From Guillardia theta CCMP2712 (taxonomy: Eukaryota > Protista > Cryptophyta), in contig NW_005434576.1 in NCBI RefSeq assembly GCF_000315625.1, positions 208,836 to 251,558 on the forward strand: 42,723 nt of DNA, written 5' to 3'. The translations under genes were made by a program, and so were the position numbers. Positions 18,300 through 29,800 of the stretch are shown piece by piece (positions within the stretch are counted from its first letter, which is position 1; each line of letters starts with the position of its first letter). A model generated the notes under the pieces. That model worked only from the letters and a program-made list of their open reading frames with translations. It was not told the DNA's origin and ran no database searches.

Positions 18300-18744
18300 A
18301 TCACCACAACAACACTGCATCCTAGTGTTGCCACTACCCAAAACCTTCGAACGACGTCATGCGCTTCTCACACTGACATGCCGCGTACCCAGTGGACAAC
18401 TGATTGGAAGAAACTAGCAGTCTTTTGTTTCGCTTCGCAGCCATGTCATAGCCCATCCGACACCTGCGAACTTTGAGTTGGCAAACTCCAATTCTGATCT
18501 GCTCTTCCTCTCCTTGTTCTACTTCTCCTTGCTCTCCTACTATGATCCTACCATGTCCTATCTTCTCCTCTCCTCTCCTTCCCCCGCTCCCAACATAACA
18601 CTCTCTTGACACACTCCCGTTTTTGATTGACAATAGGAGTCCACTCCATGACGGTCTACCAGAAGAGGTGCCAGCAAAAGATTAGTCATCACAACCTGTT
18701 ACCTAATTTTACTCATCAAGGTTAAGTGATCGGTAAAGAGTAGA

Positions 18745-19240
18745 TCCGGGGCCCGGAGTCCGAGCGGGGAGTCAGTCGAGCCTTCGAGTCCGGGCCCGGA
18801 GTCCGGTCACCAGCGGACTGCACCTTGACCGTTTGCTCAAAGTTTGTTCAGTTAAAAATCAGTACGACTGCTGTCCCCCGGACCGGGCGGCCCCACGCCC
18901 GGCACTGAGCGCCACACTGTGACCGTGATAATCGGACTTGACTGAGCCACCTTACCTCGACTCTCCGAGTCTCCTGATCAATGATTGTCCGTCCGATCGT
19001 ACTAATCTTTAACTTAACTTTGAGTAAAGATTTGAAGACCGTCACGCTGAGCCTCGGAATTTGAGTCACATCATGCCATGCCGGGCACTTCGGATACGCC
19101 CGATCGGATAGTGAAAGTACCGGCGGTGACCCGGCGCCGCCCGGCGGGCCGCGCGGCGGCGCGGCCGTTCGAGCGATACTGCCTTCTACCGACCAGGCGC
19201 ATCATATCTGATACTGATCTGATATCCGGGGGCGCCGTGG
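18745..19240. promoter_or_regulatory. GC-rich palindrome-word island 3 (between the divergent hypothetical gene and PH paralog 2)
   Basis: ccggggcccggagtccg twice, ccgatcgtact, aacttaactt, ccgatcgga, gagtca. Confidence 0.55.
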
Positions 19241-19480
19241 GAAACTCCTTGAGCACCAGGGTCAGTGCGGTAGAAAGAGGGGGTGGTATGAAGAGTATTG
19301 GGTAGCAGGGTACTGCGGCAATTTAACAGTCACTGGGTGAATTAAGCCTGGCATCTGAGGTGATACTGTGGAGATAGTGCCGGGACAGTACTGAATTTCC
19401 GAATGGTACCACAAAAATTGTACTGATAAATATCATGCCGATACTGGGGAATATAATTATTGGGAGGTACAACCAGTACC
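19230..19480. promoter_or_regulatory. GGGGT/GGGTA/TACTG block upstream of PH paralog 2
   Basis: gggggtggtatg, gggtagcagggtactg, repeated tactg. Confidence 0.3.
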
Positions 19481-19699
19481 ACAACTGCAGTACAGAGTTT
19501 GCTCGTAGTCAGTGAAGGGGAAAGGCAAGTCGTAAAGTTGCCAGGGAGAAAAAGACCCGCAGGAAGAGGCAGCGATGGAACTTAAACCCCACCTATCACG
19601 CTCCCCCGCGCTCACTCTCGCTCTCACTCCCTCTCTCCTTCCCTTCCTTCGTACCATCTCACTCAAGTAAACACTGACTGTGAGCTTAAACTTTGCAAC

Positions 19700-20638
19700 A
19701 TGATGAAATACTTGCTGAATGCTGCTGGCGGCGCGAACAAAGACCTTCTCTTTCCCCAGATGGGCAAGAAGACGATGAGCGATCAGCAGCAGCAGAGTGA
19801 CGAAATTTCTGTAGCTGACGATACCAAGGACCTCACCATCGATACTCAAGTTACTCTCCCTCCGATCGCCAGGCTCGCTTCCCTCCGACCCCTCCCTGCA
19901 CATTCCTCTTCCCCCAGTCCTCCGATTTCCCGCTCCTCCTCAGCCCCTCAGCCCCAGGACGACACCGAGCTCCTTCGATCCCGCATCCAGGCCGTCTTCC
20001 TCACCTACCGGTCTCCCAACACTACCCCCAAGCAGTACGTCAGCCATGCTCAGCTCCTCGAGTCCTTCAAGGACCTCGCCGATACTGTCAGCGGCCCCAA
20101 CGCCTTCAGCGTCGCCTCCACCTCCTGCTCCTGCCATCGCCCTCACTCTCACTCCCCCAGCTTCCCGTCAACCAGCAGCATCCCGTCGGGCGAGCACGGG
20201 TCGGCCAAGAACAAGCCCCGCCCGGTGCACAACACGGCTGCGAGGGCTCAGGGGAGGTGCGAGTGCGAGGGAGTGCACGGGGTGGTGGAAATGCGGAGCA
20301 AGAGAGGCTCGCGGCCCCCGGAGAAGGTCAGGTGCTCCATCCAGTCCAGCTCGGGCAAGATGATCCTCTCCATCTTCGGCGGCAGCGACTACGGGACGGA
20401 GGTAGGCTTCATCCGGCTGGAGGAGTCGTACGTGGCGACGTACGGGGAGAAGCCTCTGACGTTTGCGGTGGGGCTGAGGTCGAGGAGGGAGTGCTTCGAG
20501 GAGAGCGAGATCCACTTCTCTTGCCACACGAGCGTGTCGCGAGACAAGTGGGTAGGGGCGCTGATCCAGGGAGGGAGCAAGAGCAAGTGGATGTTAGATA
20601 GGGTCCACGAGCACGAGGAGGGGATGTATAAGGAATAG
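19700..20638 (+). CDS. Degenerate EF-hand-like + PH-domain protein, paralog 2
   Basis: 312-aa ORF; 19950-20585 matches 7940-8575 except two synonymous changes; true start may be ATG 19760 after a candidate acceptor ttccccag. Confidence 0.8.
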   Translation: MMKYLLNAAGGANKDLLFPQMGKKTMSDQQQQSDEISVADDTKDLTIDTQVTLPPIARLASLRPLPAHSSSPSPPISRSSSAPQPQDDTELLRSRIQAVFLTYRSPNTTPKQYVSHAQLLESFKDLADTVSGPNAFSVASTSCSCHRPHSHSPSFPSTSSIPSGEHGSAKNKPRPVHNTAARAQGRCECEGVHGVVEMRSKRGSRPPEKVRCSIQSSSGKMILSIFGGSDYGTEVGFIRLEESYVATYGEKPLTFAVGLRSRRECFEESEIHFSCHTSVSRDKWVGALIQGGSKSKWMLDRVHEHEEGMYKE

Positions 20639-20807
20639 CTACATTGTTTTGATTTCTGATTTCTTTTAATACACTTTTACATATGACTTTGTGTGCGTTT
20701 GTTTTGGTTATAATACAAATATTTGAATAATCTCAGTCCAGAAGGAAAGGAATGCAGGACAGTACGTTTTTTTCAAGCTTCTTGTGGCAGCAGTAGTATT
20801 AGTAATT

Positions 20808-20841
<34 letters not shown>

Positions 20842-21255
20842 GTATTATGTTGTTTGTCTGCTCTTTTTGCCTCCTTGCTATCGAGGAGAACTTTCTCACC
20901 TCACGGGGACATCCACAAGAATCTTCCGATCTCCTCTTCTGACCGTCAACTTCATCGCTGTCACAAATGGAGCTGCTTACTTGGACTGGTTCTGTGCTGC
21001 TCCCGTAGCGTGACACGAGAATGAAGCACGCTCGCAACATCCTCTACCTTCAAATTCCGACAGCGTATACAGGAAGGCTCATTGAGGATTCTTGGCATCG
21101 TTACAACAGTCTTGAACGAAAGATGTCTGTATGTAAGCTATGAGGACATTGTCAAACTGCCACATCAACACAACTGATGAAGAGTCTCTGCAGTAGAATA
21201 AGTTTCCCGTCCAGTTTTAATGCAACAAGTTTGAAATGGCTCTCACACCTGCATG

Positions 21256-21463
21256 TCGCGACACGCTCGTGTGGCAAGAGAAGTGGATCTCACTCTCCTC
21301 GAAGCACTCCCTCCTCGACCTCAGCCCCACCGCAAACGTCAGAGGCTTCTCCCCGTACGTCGCGACGTACGACTCCTCCAGCCGGATGAAGCCTACCTCC
21401 GTCCCGTAGTCGCTGCCGCCGAAGATGGAGAGGATCATCTAGCCTCTCTTGCTCCGCATCTCC
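21256..21463 (-). pseudogene. Inverted fragment of the PH-domain coding region with a 48-nt deletion that creates a TAG
   Basis: Reverse complement reads ggagatgcggagcaagagaggct|agatgatcctctcc...agcgtgtcgcga; 48 nt present in the paralogs are missing at the junction; both ends truncated. Confidence 0.85.
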
Positions 21464-21769
21464 GACAGGGATGGTAGCCCTTGCTGTCGAGCAGGATGCT
21501 TCTATTCGCGTCTGTGTCGCTCACGCTGGTGAGGTTGAACCTGACCTCTCGCTGGCTTGTTCTGTTATCAGAGTCACCCGCTGTTCTGACTGGCCAGTCA
21601 TGCTGTGAACTTCAACGGTCGTGTAACCGTCAGGGAGTCCTTTATTGTGAAGGCACCATTAGAGGTGACATGACACATTGCGGCTGGACCGAATACGCGG
21701 GGCGGGCCCGGCAGTTGAGGGATCGGTTGCGAAAACGAGTCTTTCCATTATGCCTGCCAGGATGCTGAC

Positions 21770-21880
21770 AACTACACCCCACCCTGTAGCCTACCATTTT
21801 AGTACCCCACCCCTTATCGAAGAGGTCAACTTACAGGGGTTTTAACCCCTACGTCGGCAGATTCAGCACCCTACCCCTGA
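21770..21880. promoter_or_regulatory. ACCCC/TACCC block upstream of PH paralog 3
   Basis: acaccccaccct, agtaccccacccct, aggggttttaacccct, caccctacccct. Confidence 0.4.
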
Positions 21881-21955
21881 GCAGTCGCAGCTTGAAGGTA
21901 TTTTGCAGGTATTTTGTAGTTTTCTGGAGCTTGAGAGGGCAAACCAACATAGAGC

Positions 21956-22831
21956 ATGCAGACAGCACGGCCAGCGATGAAGAGCCTTCAGCTCCGACAA
22001 CCCGACCTCTCAGATCAGCTCTCAAGCAAGAGCATCCATCCTCTCAATCTCAGCTCCCACACCCAGCCAACCCTGGTCACCTGCGATGACGAAAGCGAAA
22101 TCCTCCAGCAAAAGCTCTTTCCCCTCCCTCCTGTCATCAGCCTCTCTTCCCTCCGACCCCTCCCTGTCCAGCCTAACTACTCCTCAAAATCAAGACTCGG
22201 CCCTTCAACTCCGAGTCCTCCTGCTGTGCGTGAGCCCCAGGACGACACCGAGCTCCTTCGATCCCGCATCCAGGCCGTCTTCCTCACCTACCGGTCTCCC
22301 AACACTACCCCCAAGCAGTACGTCAGCCATGCTCAGCTCCTCGAGTCCTTCAAGGACCTCGCCGATACTGTCAGCGGCCCCAACGCCTTCAGCGTCGCCT
22401 CCACCTCCTGCTCCTGCCAGATGAAGCCCTGCCCAGCTTCGGGAGCTCAGGGGAGGTGCAGCGAGTGCGAGGGAGTGCACGGGGTGGTGGAGATGCGGAG
22501 CAAGAGAGGCTCGCGGCCCCCGGAGAAGGTCAGGTGCTCCATCCAGTCCAGCTCGGGCAAGATGATCCTCTCCATCTTCGGCGGCAGCGACTACGGGACG
22601 GAGGTAGGCTTCATCCGGCTGGAGGAGTCGTACGTGGCGACGTACGGGGAGAAGCCTCTGACGTTTGCGGTGGGGCTGAGGTCGAGGAGGGAGTGCTTCG
22701 AGGAGAGCGAGATCCACTTCTCTTGCCACACGAGCGTGTCGCGAGACAAGTGGGTAGGGGCGCTGATCCAGGGAGGGAGCAAGAGCAGGAGGAAGTTGGA
22801 GGACAGATATGTTAAAAACGAAATGTCGTAA
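21956..22831 (+). CDS. Degenerate EF-hand-like + PH-domain protein, paralog 3 (short linker)
   Basis: 291-aa ORF; both domains essentially identical to paralogs 1 and 2; linker QMKPCPASGAQGRCSEC replaces the long His/Ser/Pro linker. Confidence 0.8.
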   Translation: MQTARPAMKSLQLRQPDLSDQLSSKSIHPLNLSSHTQPTLVTCDDESEILQQKLFPLPPVISLSSLRPLPVQPNYSSKSRLGPSTPSPPAVREPQDDTELLRSRIQAVFLTYRSPNTTPKQYVSHAQLLESFKDLADTVSGPNAFSVASTSCSCQMKPCPASGAQGRCSECEGVHGVVEMRSKRGSRPPEKVRCSIQSSSGKMILSIFGGSDYGTEVGFIRLEESYVATYGEKPLTFAVGLRSRRECFEESEIHFSCHTSVSRDKWVGALIQGGSKSRRKLEDRYVKNEMS

Positions 22832-22899
22832 AGCTTTGCAGAAAATAAATGTGGAATAGCCCTGCCATGATCTTGTTCGATACGATGAGCTGTGCAACA

Positions 22900-23560
22900 T
22901 CGGCTTGCAGCCTGACTCTGACGGCGCACGGCAACACTCAGTGACCGTGGCCGCTCAGTTGAAGGGCCTGTCCGGCGAAATCGAAGGGCCCGTGCCATGA
23001 TATTTGCGGCCGTGGCGACTGGATGATGGCAGTCAACAAACCCTGATTTCAAGTCAAGTTAACGTACTCATCATGACAAACATAGAAATACAGCGTTGGC
23101 CCGCGGCAGCCTCCTGAAAGTTGACTCACCGGGCGGCCGCCGCCGCCTGCCGCGGGCCGCCCCGGCGGGATTGGGCCCCCGTATGGTCAGGGTGGGCGGC
23201 CGCCGCCATCTCAGGCTCGGGGCACTCCGGCGAGTCCCGCAGGGCCAGTCATTACCCGGCCGTACGGTACGAGGGTCCCGCCACCGTACTTGAACGATTC
23301 AACTGGCAAGCCTCCGCCGGGCGGCGAAAGATGATCAGTGCCTCGGACTAACTTGCCACAGTTCAAGTTGTACTTGAAGCGGCCCGGCCCAGTGTGCCAC
23401 GACCCGCCGGCCCAGTGGTAGAGCCGGGTGCCAGCCCGGCCTCTCAGTCAGTGCACACACGAGGCCGGGGGCACCGGGCCTGCCCGGCGGCGGCGGCGCG
23501 GCGCGGCCGGGCCGGGGCCGGGCCGGGCCGCGCGTCCGAGTCCGATCAGGCCGGCTGCAA
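22900..23560. promoter_or_regulatory. GC-rich palindrome-word island 4 (5' of the glycosyltransferase)
   Basis: ccgtacggtacga, caagttaacgtact, aagttgactca, gcggccgggccggggccgggccgggcc. Confidence 0.5.
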
Positions 23561-23595
23561 GTTTGACCACTCTTTTGACCACTCTGGGCCTCGCT

Positions 23596-24749
23596 ATGGC
23601 GCGCTTCCTATGCTTCCTCTTCTTGGCGGCAGCGGTAGCGATGACTATGTCAGAGGAAGGAGGAGGAGGAGGAGGAGGAGAGAGGCGGGTGATATTCCAC
23701 AACCCTCAAACGCATCAGAGAGTCTCCGGAAGGAGCTTCACCATTGAAGTTGAGGTCCAGGGTTTTAGCTTGCCGGAAGAGGGCAAGGGGCTGCTGCTGC
23801 TGGACGGCAGGAAGCTGATGGAGATCAGGTCCTCCAGGATGACAGTGGGCATGGATGGAGCGGGGGGGCTCTCGGAGGGAGAGCATATCCTGAAGCTCTC
23901 GGTAGAGGATGTACAAGGAAGGCAGGTGGTCGAGGGGGAGGTACGGTTCTTCAAGGAGGGTGCGCCTGAGGAGAGCGCTGGCCCCTTCCATGACGGGAGA
24001 TGGGACGACGAGAACTTTGTAGAGGTAAGAAGATCGTGCTCGCCCTCTCCTTGCTTCCTTCCTCTCAGTATATCTTGGATGGCGTGTGACAGAGGCAGCA
24101 GATGCAGGAGGAGTGCGGCAAGTTGTCGGCGCTGGACATTCAAGCAGCAGGAGGGAAGGGAGGGAATGTGACGGTGATCGCTCTTGGCCTGCCAGTCGTG
24201 TCATCGAGGAAGAAGTATGACGGGGAGGAAGAGGACGACATGCGAGTGGTTCATCATCTGACTTGAGGTAGTTGGGATGGTTCTGACACATGTCGCCTGT
24301 CTCGTACAGGTTCAGAGCAGAGAAGAATACATTGAGGATATAGAGAAGCTGCCCATGATGAAGGTTTTCATCCCTTCTCTTGTTGAGAAGCTGCAGCACG
24401 AGCAGGGAAAGTACAGGTGACGACACTCGTGCGCGAGTACATGTTAAGCTAAGGCACTGAGAGCTGCCTGCAGGTACGACGTCTATCTTGGGTTCGACAA
24501 GGGCGACCCTGTCTTTGACAATGATGAGATGAGGAGAGAGGTGCTGTGATTTCTTGTTTGTGTGCTTCGTGGCTGAGCAGGTGCACTCCGCCTTTGCTGC
24601 AGATTACAAGGAGGATGAAATCGATAACTTCTTCGTCGCCAATCACGTTTCACTGGTTTCAGTATGAGGTTGGAGACAGACTTCGTACATCATTATCTAC
24701 AACATCAACGGAAAATACTATTGTCGTCGTCGTCGTCGTCGTCACCACC

Positions 24750-24824
<75 letters not shown>

Positions 24825-25383
24825 GCAGATGCGCGTCTGCCTAGACTGTTGGGCAACATNNNNNNNNNNNNNNNNNNNNNNNNNNNNNNNNNNNNNNNNN
24901 NNNNNNNNNNNNNNNNNNNNNNNNNNNNNNNNNNNNNNNNNNNNNNNNNNNNNNNNNNNNNNNNNNNNNNNNNNNNNNNNNNNNNNNNNNNNNNNNNNNN
25001 NNNNNNNNNNNNNNNNNNNNNNNNNNNNNNNNNNNNNNNNNNNNNNNNNNNNNNNNNNNNNNNNNNNNNNNNNNNNNNNNNNNNNNNNNNNNNNNNNNNN
25101 NNNNNNNNNNNNNNNNNNNNNNNNNNNNNNNNNNNNNNNNNNNNNNNNNNNNNNNNNNNNNNNNNNNNNNNNNNNNNNNNNNNNNNNNNNNNNNNNNNNN
25201 NNNNNNNNNNNNNNNNNNNNNNNNNNNNNNNNNNNNNNNNNNNNNNNNNNNNNNNNNNNNNNNNNNNNNNNNNNNNNNNNNNNNNNNNNNNNNNNNNNNN
25301 NNNNNNNNNNNNNNNNNNNNNNNNNNNNNNNNNNNNNNNNNNNNNNNNNNNNNNNNNNNNNNNNNNNNNNNNNNNNNNNNNNN

Positions 25384-25426
<43 letters not shown>

Positions 25427-26677
25427 TAGGAAAAGAAGGAGCATGAGGAGCAACTTTCTGTATCCTGATTTCTTCTTTTCAGCGTCATGTCAGGGTTCGG
25501 AGTCGCTGGGCCTCTTGACATTCGTGACACCCACAAGCATCACATGTTCGTGTCTCGAAACTTCTCAATGACACCTTGACATGCGTCTCGTTCCTCCTCC
25601 TCCTCCTCCTCCTCCCCTTCCTCCTCCTCCCCCCCCCCTCCTCCTGCCCTCTTTTACTCCCTGTGTCTCGATCTCTCTGCCCTCCTTCTCCTCCTCGTTC
25701 TGCCGGTCCTTCCTTTCTGCCACCTCCTCTCGTTCCTCCCTCTCGTACTTTTTCAGGTGCTTTGCCTTTCATGGTAGACTTCACTTTGAAATCTTCGGAT
25801 ATTTCTATCCTCCAGCCTTTCAGGTGTCACGTCCTGCTCCTCCTCCATCCCTCCTCTTCAACTCTCCTGCTCCACCTTCTCTCCCACTTCCTCTTTCCCT
25901 TCCGTCTCCTCCTTCTCTCCCCTCCCCCCCCCTTCTCCTCCTCCGTCTCCTCCTTCCCTTCCCCCTCCTCCTCCCCTCACGCTCATTCCTCTCAGAACTG
26001 GTGGTCTGACTACTGGGCTACTCTTGTCTATGGGCCTGCTGCAACTTTCTGGTACTGGGAGGAGGAGGAGAGGGAGAAAAGGAGGAGGTGGGGGGTTTCT
26101 GAATTCCATCAGGTTTAAGGATGTTCAAGTTAGAAATACTGAGATAGAGGGGAGGTGAAGTATTTTCATGGTTCTTCTTATCTCCCTTCTCTTCCTCATG
26201 CTCCTCTACTGTCTGGGTCTTGATTACTCGTGCCTTCCCCCCTCACCTCTTCCCTCTGCTCTGCTCTGCTCTGCTCTNNNNNNNNNNNNNNNNNNNNNNN
26301 NNNNNNNNNNNNNNNNNNNNNNNNNNNNNNNNNNNNNNNNNNNNNNNNNNNNNNNNNNNNNNNNNNNNNNNNNNNNNNNNNNNNNNNNNNNNNNNNNNNN
26401 NNNNNNNNNNNNNNNNNNNNNNNNNNNNNNNNNNNNNNNNNNNNNNNNNNNNNNNNNNNNNNNNNNNNNNNNNNNNNNNNNNNNNNNNNNNNNNNNNNNN
26501 NNNNNNNNNNNNNNNNNNNNNNNNNNNNNNNNNNNNNNNNNNNNNNNNNNNNNNNNNNNNNNNNNNNNNNNNNNNNNNNNNNNNNNNNNNNNNNNNNNNN
26601 NNNNNNNNNNNNNNNNNNNNNNNNNNNNNNNNNNNNNNNNCTTTTTGAGGATGCTTAAAGCCATGGAGGAGAGGTGA
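23596..26677 (+). CDS. Secretory-pathway glycosyltransferase (GT-A fold, GT2-like) with an N-terminal Ig-like domain; interrupted by two assembly gaps
   Basis: Signal peptide MARFLCFLFLAAAVAM; beta-rich VIFHNP...IEVEVQGF...GLSEGEHILKLSV; spliced motifs VIALGLPVVS, VFIPSL, YDVYLGFDKGDPVFDN, GVAGPLD, HFEIFGYFYPPAF, NWWSDYWATLVYG, recalled as typical of algal GT-A-like enzymes; last exon uncertain. Confidence 0.7.
24722..24823. repeat. Compound (CGT)n(CAC)n(CAT)n microsatellite
   Basis: Seen directly. Confidence 0.9.
24860..25383. other. Assembly gap (N run) followed by (CAG)n
   Basis: Run of n. Confidence 0.99.
26278..26640. other. Assembly gap (N run) preceded by (CTCTG)n
   Basis: Run of n. 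Confidence 0.99.
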
Positions 26678-26822
26678 AGCCAATGAGATCTGGTTCTCTA
26701 AACAGTCGACTCCAGCGAGCAGAAATCTACTGACTCGTCGACCACTTCAACTCTCTGCATTCGAGTCATTCAGAACTCACCACAACCCCCCTTCCTCCTC
26801 CTCCTCCTCCTCGCTGTCGGCA

Positions 26823-29800
26823 TCAGTTCACTTCTCCATCGCAATTATTCTGCTCGTACAAGATGGCCATAGAGATAACCTGATCTCTTCCGTCAGCCTT
26901 CTCCACTCCTCAATGACCCTCCCCTCCTCTCACTTCCCTCCGCTACCCTCCACTCCTCTCCTCCTCGTCTCCTCTCGTCTCCCTCCCTCCCTCTCCTCTC
27001 CTCTCCTCTCCTCTCCTCTCCTCTCCTCTCCTCTCCTCTCCTCTCCTCTCATCTCCTCTCCCTCTCATCTCCTCTCCCTCTCCTCTCCCTCTCCTCCCTC
27101 AGCGCTCTACTCGCTTCCTTTCCTCCACTTCTCTATTCACCTTTGCTTGAATCGAGTAGGTGCGGGCAACGGAAAATGGAAAGTGCTCCGTCCTCCCGAG
27201 ACCCTGGATGGAGCAGGGGAAGGAAACGGAGAGGAGACGGAGTGAAGAAGGGAGGGAAGGATCAAGAGGAGAAAGAAGAGGCAAGCACAGGACAGGAGAG
27301 GAAGAGGGCGAGGGGGGCGAGGGGAGAACAGCAGAGGAATAAGGCGAGACGAGGAGAGGAGAGGAGAGGAGAGGAGATACAGTCAGGGCACTGCTCTTAT
27401 GACATTCGCATCCTCACCAGCTTCATGATGGGTGATTTTGTGATCCTCACAAGTCCTTGATCGAGCGACTGCAAAGACAACAGTCATCTCCTCTCTACAT
27501 CAACTCAACAAAGTTGTCATCAGATCAGCTCCTTACATCGTAACTTAAGACTGAGTCTGCGTTCACCCTCCAGCCAATGACGTCTCCTTCATCGCACAAG
27601 ATCATGTCTTCTCTGCTCAGCTGTGACCAATCAGGCGTGTCAGCTGAGAGTGGGAGGGAGGGAGGGAGAGCAGGGCAGAGGGAGACCTTGACGTGCATCA
27701 GCCCAGGTTTGTCAGGCTCGAGTATCGTCTGCGTCAACGTCGTCATCCTCCTCCTCCTCCTCCTCCTCCTCCTCCTCCTCCTTCTCCTCCTCTCTTACCT
27801 CCCCCATCAGCGAGAAGGAATGCTCAGGAAAGTCAGATTCAGGTGGGGCCCGACGCCAGACCTGCATGACAAGGTAAACCAGAAGAAGAGGAAGAGAGGG
27901 GAGAGCAGGAGAGCAGGAGAGCAGGAGAGCAGGTTGGCGACAATGTCCAGGAATGAATTGAGGACGACAAAGAGGAGGAGTAGGAGTAGGAGCAGGAGTA
28001 GGAGCAGGAGCAGGAGCAGGAATCGAGAGGAGGAGGGAGAGGGAGGAACAATTTGCAAACCTGCGCAGAGACCACTCCGGGCTGAGAGGCATAAATTAAC
28101 CACTCGACGAGCATGCCGTTGAAAGGAATTTCCAAGCTGAGAGGAAGAGAGTAAGAGCCTTTGAGAGAGAGAGGAGACAGGAGGGGGGTGAGCGATTAGA
28201 ATCAGAAGAGTATCCGGAGAGGAGAGAAGAGAAGAGAAGAGGAGAGGAGAGGAGAGGAGAGGAGAGGAGAGGAGAGGGAGGAGGTGTGGGAGAGGAAAGG
28301 AGAGGAGAGGAGAGGAGAGGAGAGGAGAGGAGAGGGAGGAGGTGTGGGAGAGGAGAGGGAAGGACTCGTCAGAACGGAACAGGACAGAACGGAACAGGAC
28401 AGGACAGGACAGGACAGAAAAAGAAGGCAGAAGTAGAGCCTGGTCAACTGTCCAACACACCTCAGGTCGACCATATTGGCATGTATGAAAGTTTCCAGCC
28501 CTGCTCGTGGCTGAAAGGCTGTAAGAGTGCGAGATACAAACAAGACAAACGATCTACGTGTAGAGCATGTCCGATGGGTCTGTTGAGCAGGTCCAGATTC
28601 TCCTGCAATCAAACGTAAAGACACTGGAGGCTGGGAGAAGGGGAGGGAGAGGATGGGAGAGTAGAGCAGAGCAGAGCAGAGGCAAAAGAAGCGAGGTCAT
28701 CGAAAACGATGAGAACAGAGGAAGGGACGGAAAGGGGGAAAGCGAGGGGAGAGGAGGAGGTCTTGATGTGCCGTAGAGTCTCCCTACCTGTATGGCCCTC
28801 TTGTGTATCATCTGCTCTATCCTCGTAATCTCTTCCTCATCCAGTACCTGCAGACGCTGCTCAACTCCTCTCCTCCTCACAGCAGCAAAAGACACGAGCG
28901 TCACCGATCCAAGAAGCTCCTTCTCCTCCTCGTTGAGCTTTTTGGGGAACTCGATGTCGAACACAACAACAAGATCGCCGAATGTCCCTCCTCCTCCTGG
29001 GATCGGCATACCCTCGTTGGCGATCACCTTCATGTTCCTCCTTCACTGCCTCGTCGTAGATCACAACCAGCGATGTCACCTTGGTGAACCCCGGGGTAGA
29101 GACAGCATCGTGCTTTATCTGGGTGGAGGTGGAGAGTCACCCTTGGTTAGAAGCAGGTTGTCATTTCTCACCTCGACCGAATGGTTGTCAAGGTGTGTTA
29201 TGTTCATGACGAACCTTGCAAAGGACGCGTCAGCAGCGATACTTGAAGGGAAGAGAGGAGAAGGGCGAGATGGCAGTAGAGGGGAGGAGAGAATGATCTA
29301 GTGCCAGTATCATACCCAAGAAGAGCTTCGAAGAGGGAGATGTTGGTCTTATAGTAGAGGTCGTGCTCCTTTCGCGAGAAATCTGTTGAGCAAGGTCAAC
29401 AAACTTTCCTCAGCTCACTACAAGGAAGTCCAGGAGAGCGTCAACAACAACGGACCTTTATGCTCGTTAACCCGCAGGCCGATGTGGACGGAGCCGGGGA
29501 ACAAGTCAGGAACCTGATCCCCTTCATTCTCTAGCGTGATCTTCACATGCGCATCATCAGCTTCATCGGCGTCCAAGTCACCAACTTGACATCTCAATCA
29601 ACTCACTCTGAAGTTGTCGGGCGCCCCAGGGGGGATCGTGACGGTTCGGTTGATCTGACAGACGCATTATCGCCTCAGCACTCCTACCTTCCTTGCCAGT
29701 TCCTGCCCTCCCTCACCCATCGTTTGTCGCTCCCTCGTCTTGCCTTCCTACCTCTTCGCCCCCTCTTTCTCCTTTCTTCGCTACTCTCACAACAGCGTGT

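Noticed and set aside
20720-21250. Short ORFs and (CAG)n between paralog 2 and the inverted fragment
   Set aside because: Stops in all frames and no recognisable product; may be decayed sequence but cannot be supported
24546-26683. Long X-containing ORFs
   Set aside because: Artefacts of translating N gaps
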